Shown: piece by piece, positions 9,401 through 18,785 of the stretch
How positions within the stretch are numbered: the first letter of the stretch is position 1
Layout: each line of letters begins with the position of its first letter
From: a virus
Virus record (IMG/VR): IMGVR_UViG_3300044637_000586
Span: 2,834 to 66,833 of that record
DNA length: 64,000 nt
Reading direction: 5' to 3' (one strand)
The notes under the pieces: generated by a model
What the model was told of the DNA's origin: nothing
The model's database searches: none
Seen by the model: the letters and a program-made list of their open reading frames with translations, nothing else
Translations under genes and position numbers: made by a program

Positions 9401-9988
9401 TTACGTTCTAAATTTAACTGACCTCTTCCACCTCGTGATGTGGGTGTTCTTGGACAGCGGGCGGATCTTGATGTAGACGCCATCCCGTGACCGTGAGTCA
9501 CGCATCCCCTGTTCGTTGGTGTTGCCCTCTATCACTCGAATAGAATGCTCTCCTACGCGGTCTACGATGCCGGTGTGTCCGATCCCTTTGTATCTTGACT
9601 TCTTGAAGTTTGAGTATGTGTATGTGGCAACAAGGACATCGCCATCACGAAAGCTCTGATAAAACCTGCCGTCAGTGTAGATAACATCTTTTCTATTGTA
9701 TGCGCTAGGACTCCAGCCTGTTACTGTGTTCGCGATCCCGCACTCGTCGAGTATGGCGCGAACGAAGAATGAACACCAAGCATAGCCGGGCTTCCACCCA
9801 ACAGCGGCCATCATCTTCTGGAGTTCTTTGTCCCCGAAGGCTTGGTTGTTACCTCCCTTCTCCCTTACCCCTACAAAGGAAGCGGCAGTGGCGCGGACGC
9901 AGTAGCCGTCATTATCAGCCACAGAATAAACAGGAAGCACAAGAAGAGTCCAAAGTAAACACAGATGTATAAAACGATTCTTTGCCAT
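9401..9988 (-). CDS. endolysin, CHAP-family amidase with N-terminal signal segment
   Basis: AWCSFFV, GHTGIV, IEGNT motifs; hydrophobic N-terminus. Confidence 0.85.
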   Translation of the reverse strand: MAKNRFIHLCLLWTLLVLPVYSVADNDGYCVRATAASFVGVREKGGNNQAFGDKELQKMMAAVGWKPGYAWCSFFVRAILDECGIANTVTGWSPSAYNRKDVIYTDGRFYQSFRDGDVLVATYTYSNFKKSRYKGIGHTGIVDRVGEHSIRVIEGNTNEQGMRDSRSRDGVYIKIRPLSKNTHITRWKRSVKFRT

Positions 9989-10263
9989 GCGCTTGATGAG
10001 TATTCTAGTTCCTTCTTGGCCTCCTTTGAGTAGAAGTAGTTCTGCAAACCTCTGAAGTTAAAGAACCCGCCAAGGAACACCACAAAGTTAGCAAAAACCA
10101 TGATAAGTGCAGCAAGAATTACCTGCTGTATGTACTCGGTGGAGATGAGTCCGTCGCCGAAATACTCAGCGCTGTAGGATCCTGCAAGGAGGAATAGGAA
10201 GAATGCAAGGGGGATAGTCCATATCCCGTCGAAGAGTTGTAGTTTGCGTAGTATCTTTTTCAT
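9871..10263 (-). CDS. putative holin (three TM segments)
   Basis: Three hydrophobic helices; overlaps the endolysin start. Confidence 0.6.
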   Translation of the reverse strand: MKKILRKLQLFDGIWTIPLAFFLFLLAGSYSAEYFGDGLISTEYIQQVILAALIMVFANFVVFLGGFFNFRGLQNYFYSKEAKKELEYSSSAWQRIVLYICVYFGLFLCFLFILWLIMTATASAPLPLPL

Positions 10264-10268
10264 GTTTG

Positions 10269-10276
10269 CAAATATA
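10269..10276 (-). promoter_or_regulatory. -7 box TATATTTG for the lysis genes
   Basis: 5 nt upstream of ATG 10263. Confidence 0.65.
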
Positions 10277-10277
10277 A

Positions 10278-10904
10278 TTAACCAATCGATACGCTGCTCA
10301 CTGGAGGCGGCTGGCTTGGCATTAGAAACCAGTTGTTGCAGTTTGTTACAGTCCCCTTATACGTCCAAAGAGTACACGCCGCCGAGCTGTCCAGGTCCGT
10401 TACGTTCAAATAGTCTATGTACTGGGTAGACGTCCCATTGTTTACCAAATTCAAAGACCGCTGTGTTAATGGCACATCTGACCTCAAGGCGATAGACCCC
10501 GCAGGAGTTCCAAACGCAGTCAATCCTGCTGTCAAGGTCATTGCGTCCGCGAGTTGAATGGTTGTATTGATTGTACTGAAACGAAGGATGCAACCAATGG
10601 TTGCCCCTGCCGATATTATCGTGGAGTTCGTGCTTATGGTTATGTCAGACGTTCCAGAAATGTTGTTGGAAGCAGATAAGGTCATGTTACCGCCGACGGT
10701 AAGCCTTGTGTTAACGACTAGGCTTCCAGTATATCCGGTTGTAACAAGTGATAGAATTGTGGCTGTTGCCACTGTAATTGTGCATTGACCATTGTTTAGT
10801 CCAGTAAAGACAACGTCATCCCCCGCAACAGGGACCCCGCCTGCCCAACTTGCAGCGGTGTTCCATGTTGAGGCTACGTTTGATGTCCAAGTTTTTGTTG
10901 GCAT
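10278..10904 (-). CDS. beta-helix fibre/spike-associated protein
   Basis: WNTAASWAGGVP...DDVVF N-terminus; Thr/Gly-rich; paralogous to the upstream gene. Confidence 0.6.
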   Translation of the reverse strand: MPTKTWTSNVASTWNTAASWAGGVPVAGDDVVFTGLNNGQCTITVATATILSLVTTGYTGSLVVNTRLTVGGNMTLSASNNISGTSDITISTNSTIISAGATIGCILRFSTINTTIQLADAMTLTAGLTAFGTPAGSIALRSDVPLTQRSLNLVNNGTSTQYIDYLNVTDLDSSAACTLWTYKGTVTNCNNWFLMPSQPPPVSSVSIG

Positions 10905-12886
10905 TATTGAGAGATAAATGTTGAATGTCTTGTCTTGGGGTAGTCCCAGTTTTTCCAGTTGGTGGTTGTTGAAGCTATGAATCCACTCCTTGTGTAAATG
11001 GTCTGCCCATTAGAACTATTGATACTAGTTCCTCCACCACCTCCGTTCACATAGTATAAATCTTGAGAGGCCCCAGGAAGAAGAGTAAATATCGTTGTTC
11101 CTGAGAACCCTCCTAAAGTAAAGTTATTCGCTGGCTGCCAAGATAATAATGATAGACTAGTTCTTACTATATATTCTATTCCAGGCGCTAGTCTTATAGC
11201 TGTGCTTAGAACCGATGAATTTAATACACAACTAAAACTATCACAAATAAATCCTACTGTGCCTGAAACACCCCATGCAAAATTACTGTTTCCTCCAACA
11301 AATTGTATGTCCAGTATCTGATAGGGAACTGTATCATACAAATATATGGTGCTGCCCGTTCCTGCTACTGTTGTAACAACTCTAATAGTAGGTATTATAA
11401 TTCCAGCAGAAGCAAAGCCATATAAAGAAGAAGCGTTCATGAATAGACCTGAGCCTGGTGAAAAAATTACTGCGCCCGCAGTATAAGTTATTGTGCCGCC
11501 GTCTCTAATTCCAACAAGAGATCCGAATGTTCTTGTTCCTGTTGTGTTTATCTGGATTTGCCACGATAAACCCCAGTTACCCGTAGTTATTGCACTTTCT
11601 GTCCAAGTTCCTGTTCCTTGTAAAACTAAAACAGTGTTGCTATTCTGCCTCATTGTAGCGTCATGAGTCATGTCCCCATTTAGATATATAGTTCCTCCAG
11701 TGGTCAGAAAGGGTGCTCTGGGCACTAATGTAACATTGCTACTTAATGTCCCAACAACACAAATGTTTCCGGATATACTGCACGTTTGAGAACCAGATGT
11801 ACCCGCTGATCTAAAGTTTAAATTGTTAAAGTTTATACCACTAGCATTAGTTGTAGTAGCGGATGGGGAACTACTTCCAAATAAATTTAAAGTATATGTG
11901 ATACCCCCTGATACTGTAAAATATAAATAAAAGGTGCCTGTACAGACTACTGTGCCGGCAGCATAAGAAAATGTTGATCCAGTAACTGTACCTATCCCAC
12001 CGTATCCAGCAATTGGGCCAAGTGTAACGGTTTGACCTGGCGCATCTATTATTAAATTTAATCCAAATCCCCCCATGATACCTGATGAACCAAAAGTTCC
12101 TGTCCCAGTCATCCTTATTGTTGATAAAGATCCACTTGTAGCAGCTACCCTAGTATTGTTACCTGATCCTTGAATACTAACACTTGCGCCGGCATTTATT
12201 GTAAATGCACCAGAAAATGTAACATTAACAGAAGCGCCACCTGGTCCAATGAATAAGTTTCCACTTATTGTCCAATCATCAAGTAAGGTAACGGTGGGGT
12301 TGGCAAATGCTGCAACATTGGCTATGCCAAAGGCATTTGTCCATGTTCGCCCATTACTTCTAAGGCTAATGTTTCCGTTAGACCTTGTAGATATGGCGCC
12401 AGTCCCGGTAATTCCCATGGTGGGAGAAAGGGTAACGGCATGGCCTGCACTTGCAGAGCTTGTAGAGCCAACTATTATAGTGTTGGCCATGTTTATCGTG
12501 TTGGTATAACCAGTAAAGTTTAGGTTCCTACAAACAGGCGATGCGATGTTTACGGTACAGTCTAAAGATGCCGAATCAAATATGGCGTCACTACCAGCTA
12601 GTGTTGCGCTAGGAAGTACACCCGTGTCCCAGTTAGTAGCCGTACCCCAGTTGGCGTTGGGGGCCACGTTGGCCGAAAATGTAATAAGGGCGTCGCCCGT
12701 ACCACTTGTTCTTGTGAGTATTCCAGAGGCGGTAGGCGCTCCTGTTCCGGTACAGAACAAAGAAGTACCTGCGGCTATTGTTGCGGTAACGGTAAACGTC
12801 TGGCCATTGTTTATGTAAGTGGCGCCAGCAGTTGCGTTTGCGGACGTAACCGTAAACCGGTATGTATTACCTCTCCAAATTGGCAT
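10904..12886 (-). CDS. beta-helix tail fibre/receptor-binding protein
   Basis: Gly/Thr/Ser-rich beta-strand repeats; NWGTATNWDTGVLP motif. Confidence 0.65.
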   Translation of the reverse strand: MPIWRGNTYRFTVTSANATAGATYINNGQTFTVTATIAAGTSLFCTGTGAPTASGILTRTSGTGDALITFSANVAPNANWGTATNWDTGVLPSATLAGSDAIFDSASLDCTVNIASPVCRNLNFTGYTNTINMANTIIVGSTSSASAGHAVTLSPTMGITGTGAISTRSNGNISLRSNGRTWTNAFGIANVAAFANPTVTLLDDWTISGNLFIGPGGASVNVTFSGAFTINAGASVSIQGSGNNTRVAATSGSLSTIRMTGTGTFGSSGIMGGFGLNLIIDAPGQTVTLGPIAGYGGIGTVTGSTFSYAAGTVVCTGTFYLYFTVSGGITYTLNLFGSSSPSATTTNASGINFNNLNFRSAGTSGSQTCSISGNICVVGTLSSNVTLVPRAPFLTTGGTIYLNGDMTHDATMRQNSNTVLVLQGTGTWTESAITTGNWGLSWQIQINTTGTRTFGSLVGIRDGGTITYTAGAVIFSPGSGLFMNASSLYGFASAGIIIPTIRVVTTVAGTGSTIYLYDTVPYQILDIQFVGGNSNFAWGVSGTVGFICDSFSCVLNSSVLSTAIRLAPGIEYIVRTSLSLLSWQPANNFTLGGFSGTTIFTLLPGASQDLYYVNGGGGGTSINSSNGQTIYTRSGFIASTTTNWKNWDYPKTRHSTFISQ

Positions 12887-12887
12887 A

Positions 12888-13124
12888 TTACAACTGGGTT
12901 AAGACTTGTTCGGTTACCTGACGCGCAAGTAGTTTTTCTTTTTCTGTGACTATTCTGTTCTCTATATTGGTCTCCACCTCTTCCACACTCTGGGGAAGGA
13001 AGTGATAAATTACAATATCAACCAGATCCGTGAAGTCTCCAGAAAACTGTACGGATACGTCCGTCACAAGAGAATCTCCTTCGAGGTACTTGTTGTTTAT
13101 CGTATAAGTATGAGTGGTTGCCAT
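12888..13124 (-). CDS. small fibre-associated protein (possible chaperone)
   Basis: 78 aa between two fibre genes. Confidence 0.55.
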   Translation of the reverse strand: MATTHTYTINNKYLEGDSLVTDVSVQFSGDFTDLVDIVIYHFLPQSVEEVETNIENRIVTEKEKLLARQVTEQVLTQL

Positions 13125-13129
13125 GCGTT

Positions 13130-16100
13130 TTATGTTTTAGTTACAAATAGTTGAAGGATTGCCCACGAAAATGTAGTAACGCCGCTTTCTACGTTAAACG
13201 CAAGCATATCGTTAGCTGCCAATGCCGTGCTAGTCCATGTGCCTAAACTAGCCGATGCCGTCGTTTGAGTCAAGCCAAAACTTGTTAGGGATGGCTTGAC
13301 TCCGCCTCCGATAATAGATGCTGTGGGAATTATACCCGACGTTGCCCTGTATATATCAAAAGAAATAGTACCGTTCGCAGTTGTGTTGGTAATTATTCTC
13401 CATGAATTTATGGTGCAAGCATAGGGTATCTGCACGTACCCCTTTATCCCAGCCGTAATCACGCCGCCAGATCCGTCTACTGTGGCTCCGATTGTCTGAG
13501 TCTTGAAGCTATCAAACCTTGACCAGTCAGTGTTGCTCAACGCCCCACGGTTTGTCGCGCTTGCGGTGGGCAGGTTGAAGGTGTGAGTGGCCACCGACGA
13601 AGAAATATCAAAGTCAGTTCCCGCCGTACCAACAGCAAGGCTTTGTGCAAATGCCGTTAGCCCATTAAGAGAGGCAATTCCGGATGGGAAACTTGTAATG
13701 ACTTGACTGAAACGATTGTCTTCCGTGTAAAGTGTAATTGTCCTGCCACTATGGTTTACCCACACTCTTACAGCAAGCCTATCCGTTAGAGCGAGTGTGG
13801 TCTGAGGAACACTAAGTGCTGTAAAGTAAAGGTCTACTACCGCTCCACCAGTAATACCCTCTGGAGCGCCCACACCTGATGCAATAGGGGTAAAGGTTCC
13901 GCCTACCGTGTCGTACTTGGAAAGCTCTACGTAGAAGTTAGGGCTTCCGCCACCACTATTAGCGCCAAACCACAGTTCAAAGTTCCAGTTACCCGCAGGA
14001 ATCAACACCTTATTTGGATCCCCCGCGTCTGTTATAAAGCTCGCAATATATCCATCTGCGTTTATAACAAAGTTAGTCCCAGCCCCGGATATAGGCACTG
14101 GACTCATCTCCTTCATGGCTATACCCGCAAATGTTCCTTGGTTAATGCTTCCGTTGAGGTAGTAGCTTCTACCGCCGCCGCCGCCGCCACCGCCATCCGC
14201 CCATTCTGACTCACCTGTAGTGGCGTTTATAAGAGTCAACACCTGGCCGACTGTTGCTGTTGCAGCATCTACGCCTGGAGTTAATACATACAATCCGGTT
14301 GCGTCCGCCCCGAACTGAACGACCTGTGTGGGCGTAAGATAACCAATCCTTGACTGCGTGTCTGTAAATTCGGCAAATGAAGCAGAGCCAGAGCCATTCA
14401 CCGCGCAGCCAATACTCGCGATATTAGGCTGTAGTGCGAAACTGGATGTCGTTGTCCCGTCGTTTACCGCAAAGGCAATTTTAAAATTAGACGATCCTGA
14501 GAGGACGTCCATATCATCAAAGGTCAACGAATACGTATTGCCGTCGCCGCTTATGGAAGTATCCGCAATTAATGGGCCGCCAAGCTGAAATATGTCAGGA
14601 TCCGATGGATCAGGACTAAGACCGTTGTTGACGGTGTATGTTGCGCCGACAGCATCCTCGAACTCAACGCGACCTGCACCGCTTCCAGTGATAGACTTCA
14701 GCGTCAAGACCTGTCCCACCAAAGCGCTTCCGATGTGTACGTTAGGAGTTATTATTCTTAATTGGTTGAATCCGTCCGTTACATTTCCTTCGGTTATGAC
14801 ACTTACTTGCCCATACGGAGTCGAAGCATTCATGACTGCCTTTGAGTTGTCACCAGTGGCTCCTTGGGCTGTAAAACTAGCCTGATAAGCGGTAGTTAGG
14901 CTTGAGTATTCTATGCTACTTTCAGTAGGGGTAAGCGCCATTTCCGCATATTCACTTGCCCCGGAAGGCTCTATGTGTATACTGCTTTTGTTTGAAGCGG
15001 TTACATTAAACTGAGTCAGTTGACTTAACGACAGACTGTGGCTGAATGGTGTTGTGCCGCCGGTTATCGTGGTGTCTTCCACGAGGGGTCCACCTAACTG
15101 GAAGTTGTCAGTTGGATCTTCTATAAGACCGTTGTTGACGGTGTAAGTCCCGCCGCCAGCATCCTGATACTCGACTTGTCCTGTTGTTGCGTTCTGCAAA
15201 GTAAGCACCTGACCAACCGTGGCCGATCCCAAGCCTGGAGTTGGTATATACACGCCCGTAGTGTCCACCTTAACAATTTGATTAGTAGCACCTTGTGACT
15301 TCATTTGGGCATATATAGCCTCGACATAAAGCTCACTATACGAAGGTGGATACTTGCCTACAAAAGCCTTAAAGTATCCAGGCACAGTGCCCGTGCCGGG
15401 ATCGTAGTTTACGGTGGGATTTATTTCATAAAACGAATTAGATTTCCAAACAAAAGATGTAAGAGATCCTTCAATCGTGTTGTTTTGAGTCAACACATTG
15501 TCCTCAATGATAACATCTTGAAGACCCTGCGTAGATGGGGTTCCCGCCCAATCAAATCTAACAGCTCCACTACCTTCGTAAACCACGTCGATATCCGTTC
15601 CGCTCTTCAAGTTAAGAATGGTTGCAGGAGGAATTATTGTGGTGTCGTTTACCTGTACATCAAAACCTGTCCCACCATCAGCTGTAAGCGTGTCCCCGGT
15701 CAAGGTCAGTCCAGATCCAATAACAATTTCCTGCATGATGCCCGTGCCTGTATCCCAACGGCCAACTAGTCGGCTTGTCGCCATGCTAGTAGTAATAGTT
15801 CCCGTAGTGGTAATAGGACCGCCTGTGATCAGTCCCTCGGTGTCCACCTCTAGAACAGTTCCGCCGCCCTCAGCCTCCTTCTTCCATACCTGACCCGTGC
15901 TGTCTACAGCGAGTACGTATGTAAGCGCGTTGTCAATAAAAGTACCCGCACCATATTCATTCAAAGTCAACTGACCATTGCCCTCCAACAACAACTTGTC
16001 TTGCTGAGAGCCGCCATCAAACATTCTAATTGAGAAGTTAGAGGTCTCAGCGTTCTCTGTTACGTTAGTGGCTTCCGCGATCAACTTAACAGCCGGCCAC

Positions 16101-17746
16101 AAATACAGGTCTGGGCTTGGTGAAACTGATGTATTCCTGAACGTATAGTCGATCGCCATCCTAGCCCCAACCGAGGTGGTTCCAGTATTTCTTAAACTGA
16201 GAAAAGAGTTGCGGTTTTCCCATATACCCGGACCTCCCGGATTAGGTAATGGACCATTTAACTCCAGTTCCAAAAGCGGCCTGTAGGTATCGGTGTTTCC
16301 AAAGATTTCAACAGTTGGGTTGGGTCGAGCGCCTGAGCCAAAATCCGAAAACACAGCCGTACCACCCTGCCCTAGGTTAGATGCCGAAAATGGTCTACGA
16401 GTATCTTGGTTCGCCGTACCGGATACCCCAAGAACGTATTCAGTTGACCCGTTTGTAGTTGTTATAACGGTATCTTCAACCAACAATCCACCAAGGTGAA
16501 ACAAAAATGGGTTAGCCGGGGTTTCGCCTGGCTCAGATCCGAATACGTGAAGTCCGTTCTCTACCGTGTAGACAGGAAGAGTGGCGAGTTCACCTAATCC
16601 GTTGATGTATTCTAGATCCGTACCCGCGCCAACAACACCTATGTCTCCAGAAATAGTTATGGGTGAATTGGAAACAGTAAACGCAGAAGGCATTGTAAGC
16701 CCTACAGAAACGACTGTCCCCGTGCCGGCGGTTGTATACTCAACGTGACCAGAGCCATCCAATGCAAGAACCATCCCCGCAGTAGCCGCGCCGTAGTTTG
16801 GCGTTATGATGTCAATGAATGAAGTTCCACTAATAGTTACCGCTCCAGGATCTATTTGCACAATTCCAATTGAGCCAGCGCCATCGTCTGCGGTGTAAGC
16901 CTGGTAACTTATTGAATCTATCGTGTATCTATTTACATTACCCCATGCAAAATTAAATCCACCTCCATCAACCGTGTTGTCTTGGGTGAGAAGCGAGCTG
17001 ATGTTCAACGTGTCTTGCCAGTCTTGAACTAGCGATCCACCGACGCTGGTTACGTCTACGCATAGGCTAGTGCCTTCTGGGAACTCGCCGGGACCATTCA
17101 ACAGCGCGGCATCGAACTGGGCGAATACCCCAGGGCCTCCGTCTGAGTAGTTGGAAAGTTGGTACACGCCGTATACGGTGGGGTCGGTCTTGCTGAACAC
17201 AAAGATCCACGAACCGTCTTGAATGATTGGCCAGAAACCACTAAAGTCTTGGTTGTTGGCCGTGAAGTTGTTCACTCGAATAACGCTACCGCCGGAATCG
17301 TACAGGAACGTGCCTGCGTCAGAGCCGTTTCCTGCGGTGTACTGTATAGAACACTCTGGCTCTGTATTACCGCACTCGCAGCACCCCTTGAATACAGATG
17401 TAACAAGAAGGCGATAGATCTCCTGCGTCTTGGCAGCGACTACATCAGACGTATCCAAAGACGTTAATGCAGTAAAGGTGTTTCCGCCAACGTCCGTAAT
17501 GCTATAAATCGTGAATGTAAAAGACTCCCCGGCTACTTGAGAGATTGTAATGGTGTCGTATCGGTACGAGATGTAAGCAGGGTTTTGAGTCATGATCTGG
17601 CTCATGCCCCGCACGTACTGATAAGGTGGCGTTAAGCCATACAGGAAAGACACGGTGTCGTTTCCCTCTACTTGTATTCGGGTGATCTCAGGTACACTAA
17701 CCGGAGTAGTCGCCCTAGTATTGTTAACCGCCTGTTTTGTAGCCAT
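13130..17746 (-). CDS. large modular tail fibre protein
   Basis: 1538 aa; repeated YTVNNGL...FQLGGPL and VGQVLTL...TTG modules; GTVVSVGLTMPSAFTVSNSPIT and HTFNLPTASATNRGALS fibre motifs. Confidence 0.75.
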   Translation of the reverse strand: MATKQAVNNTRATTPVSVPEITRIQVEGNDTVSFLYGLTPPYQYVRGMSQIMTQNPAYISYRYDTITISQVAGESFTFTIYSITDVGGNTFTALTSLDTSDVVAAKTQEIYRLLVTSVFKGCCECGNTEPECSIQYTAGNGSDAGTFLYDSGGSVIRVNNFTANNQDFSGFWPIIQDGSWIFVFSKTDPTVYGVYQLSNYSDGGPGVFAQFDAALLNGPGEFPEGTSLCVDVTSVGGSLVQDWQDTLNISSLLTQDNTVDGGGFNFAWGNVNRYTIDSISYQAYTADDGAGSIGIVQIDPGAVTISGTSFIDIITPNYGAATAGMVLALDGSGHVEYTTAGTGTVVSVGLTMPSAFTVSNSPITISGDIGVVGAGTDLEYINGLGELATLPVYTVENGLHVFGSEPGETPANPFLFHLGGLLVEDTVITTTNGSTEYVLGVSGTANQDTRRPFSASNLGQGGTAVFSDFGSGARPNPTVEIFGNTDTYRPLLELELNGPLPNPGGPGIWENRNSFLSLRNTGTTSVGARMAIDYTFRNTSVSPSPDLYLWPAVKLIAEATNVTENAETSNFSIRMFDGGSQQDKLLLEGNGQLTLNEYGAGTFIDNALTYVLAVDSTGQVWKKEAEGGGTVLEVDTEGLITGGPITTTGTITTSMATSRLVGRWDTGTGIMQEIVIGSGLTLTGDTLTADGGTGFDVQVNDTTIIPPATILNLKSGTDIDVVYEGSGAVRFDWAGTPSTQGLQDVIIEDNVLTQNNTIEGSLTSFVWKSNSFYEINPTVNYDPGTGTVPGYFKAFVGKYPPSYSELYVEAIYAQMKSQGATNQIVKVDTTGVYIPTPGLGSATVGQVLTLQNATTGQVEYQDAGGGTYTVNNGLIEDPTDNFQLGGPLVEDTTITGGTTPFSHSLSLSQLTQFNVTASNKSSIHIEPSGASEYAEMALTPTESSIEYSSLTTAYQASFTAQGATGDNSKAVMNASTPYGQVSVITEGNVTDGFNQLRIITPNVHIGSALVGQVLTLKSITGSGAGRVEFEDAVGATYTVNNGLSPDPSDPDIFQLGGPLIADTSISGDGNTYSLTFDDMDVLSGSSNFKIAFAVNDGTTTSSFALQPNIASIGCAVNGSGSASFAEFTDTQSRIGYLTPTQVVQFGADATGLYVLTPGVDAATATVGQVLTLINATTGESEWADGGGGGGGGRSYYLNGSINQGTFAGIAMKEMSPVPISGAGTNFVINADGYIASFITDAGDPNKVLIPAGNWNFELWFGANSGGGSPNFYVELSKYDTVGGTFTPIASGVGAPEGITGGAVVDLYFTALSVPQTTLALTDRLAVRVWVNHSGRTITLYTEDNRFSQVITSFPSGIASLNGLTAFAQSLAVGTAGTDFDISSSVATHTFNLPTASATNRGALSNTDWSRFDSFKTQTIGATVDGSGGVITAGIKGYVQIPYACTINSWRIITNTTANGTISFDIYRATSGIIPTASIIGGGVKPSLTSFGLTQTTASASLGTWTSTALAANDMLAFNVESGVTTFSWAILQLFVTKT

Positions 17747-18393
17747 TATTTACATTCTTCTTCTGTCGCGAAGGTACAAAATTCATCGAGACTTTTGTAT
17801 ATTTTCGCATACTTAGAAGAAGGGAACTTTTCACGCCACTCCATCTTGACTCGCGCCCACTCTGGCCCGGTACGTACAGGCTGCGCCCGCTTTTCTTCCT
17901 TAGCGCCCGAAAAGATAAAACTGATGACCGACTTCTTGCTAGGACGCCCGCCGTTCTTACGTTTGCTCTCTATCATTACCTTCACCTCGTCCAGCTTTTC
18001 ATGATTCGCGTCTTCAAGCAGTTCCACCAGTTGGCGGAGGGAAGCGCAACCCTCGAGCTTACCACGGGTTATCGTAACCTTCTCACGAACCGGCGGATCG
18101 CTGTCAAGAAATTTGATATCAAACCCAAGTTCACGCATAGCGAAGGTAAGGGAGAGAATGTCTGCCTTGATTTGCGCTGTTCCCCGATTGGGAACCGAGG
18201 GGTAAATTGCGGAGTGGGAGTCTGTGCGCCTGTCATCGTCTATCCATATTGATGTAATACTAATTGCATAGTCTGACTGTCCGCGATCAACCATGAGGAT
18301 TGCATCGGGGAACTTATCTTTTAACTCCTTAATTAGCGTTCTATATTCACCTAATTCATGCGGAGTTGGATCCGCTAGTTTCAATTCAATCAT
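17746..18393 (-). CDS. hypothetical protein
   Basis: Start moved to MIELKL (18393), downstream of a -7 box at 18410-18417; TAATG coupling to the fibre gene. Confidence 0.6.
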   Translation of the reverse strand: MIELKLADPTPHELGEYRTLIKELKDKFPDAILMVDRGQSDYAISITSIWIDDDRRTDSHSAIYPSVPNRGTAQIKADILSLTFAMRELGFDIKFLDSDPPVREKVTITRGKLEGCASLRQLVELLEDANHEKLDEVKVMIESKRKNGGRPSKKSVISFIFSGAKEEKRAQPVRTGPEWARVKMEWREKFPSSKYAKIYKSLDEFCTFATEEECK

Positions 18394-18418
18394 AACTTCG
18401 TTTGTGGTGCAAATATAC

Positions 18419-18452
18419 AAAAAAAGAACTCCCCAAGCCGATGCCCAGGGAG
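18419..18452 (-). terminator. intrinsic terminator
   Basis: CUCCCUGGGC-AUCG-GCUUGGGGAG-UUCUUUUUUU; three G-U pairs make it minus-strand specific. Confidence 0.8.
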
Positions 18453-18490
18453 ACCACACTAAACACTATATCTATACACCACTAAACCAG
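18419..18490 (-). ncRNA. candidate small RNA (~70 nt)
   Basis: TACCTTTG -7 box at 18495-18502, GU-rich body, then terminator. Confidence 0.4.
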
Positions 18491-18548
18491 GGCGCAAAGG
18501 TATATGCAGATTTTGCATAGACCAAATTATTTTGCATTAATTAGTAAA

Positions 18549-18764
18549 TTACTTGGAGGAGCGCTTAGCCTTAGCCTTCTTGTAGTGACCGTAAAGGATC
18601 ACGACAGACACGGAGCAAGCTAACAATAGGGACGAAATTCTGAACAACCATTCGGTCTGCTCCTGCCATGAAACAACTGCGGCGAAAGTTGTTAATAAAA
18701 TTGAGGCCGCCCCATCTACGTATCCCTGATCGCTCATCTCCGTGTGATTAATATCATGCTGCAT
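18549..18764 (-). CDS. small two-TM holin-like protein
   Basis: Two hydrophobic segments, basic C-terminus; own -7 box at 18773-18780. Confidence 0.55.
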   Translation of the reverse strand: MQHDINHTEMSDQGYVDGAASILLTTFAAVVSWQEQTEWLFRISSLLLACSVSVVILYGHYKKAKAKRSSK

Positions 18765-18785
18765 AGCGCTTACAAATATAAGTGA

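Noticed and set aside
14358-15300. Repeats in the fibre gene as DGR template/variable repeats or a CRISPR array
   Set aside because: They are short in-frame protein modules with no adenine-specific mismatch pattern, regular spacing or reverse transcriptase/cas gene.
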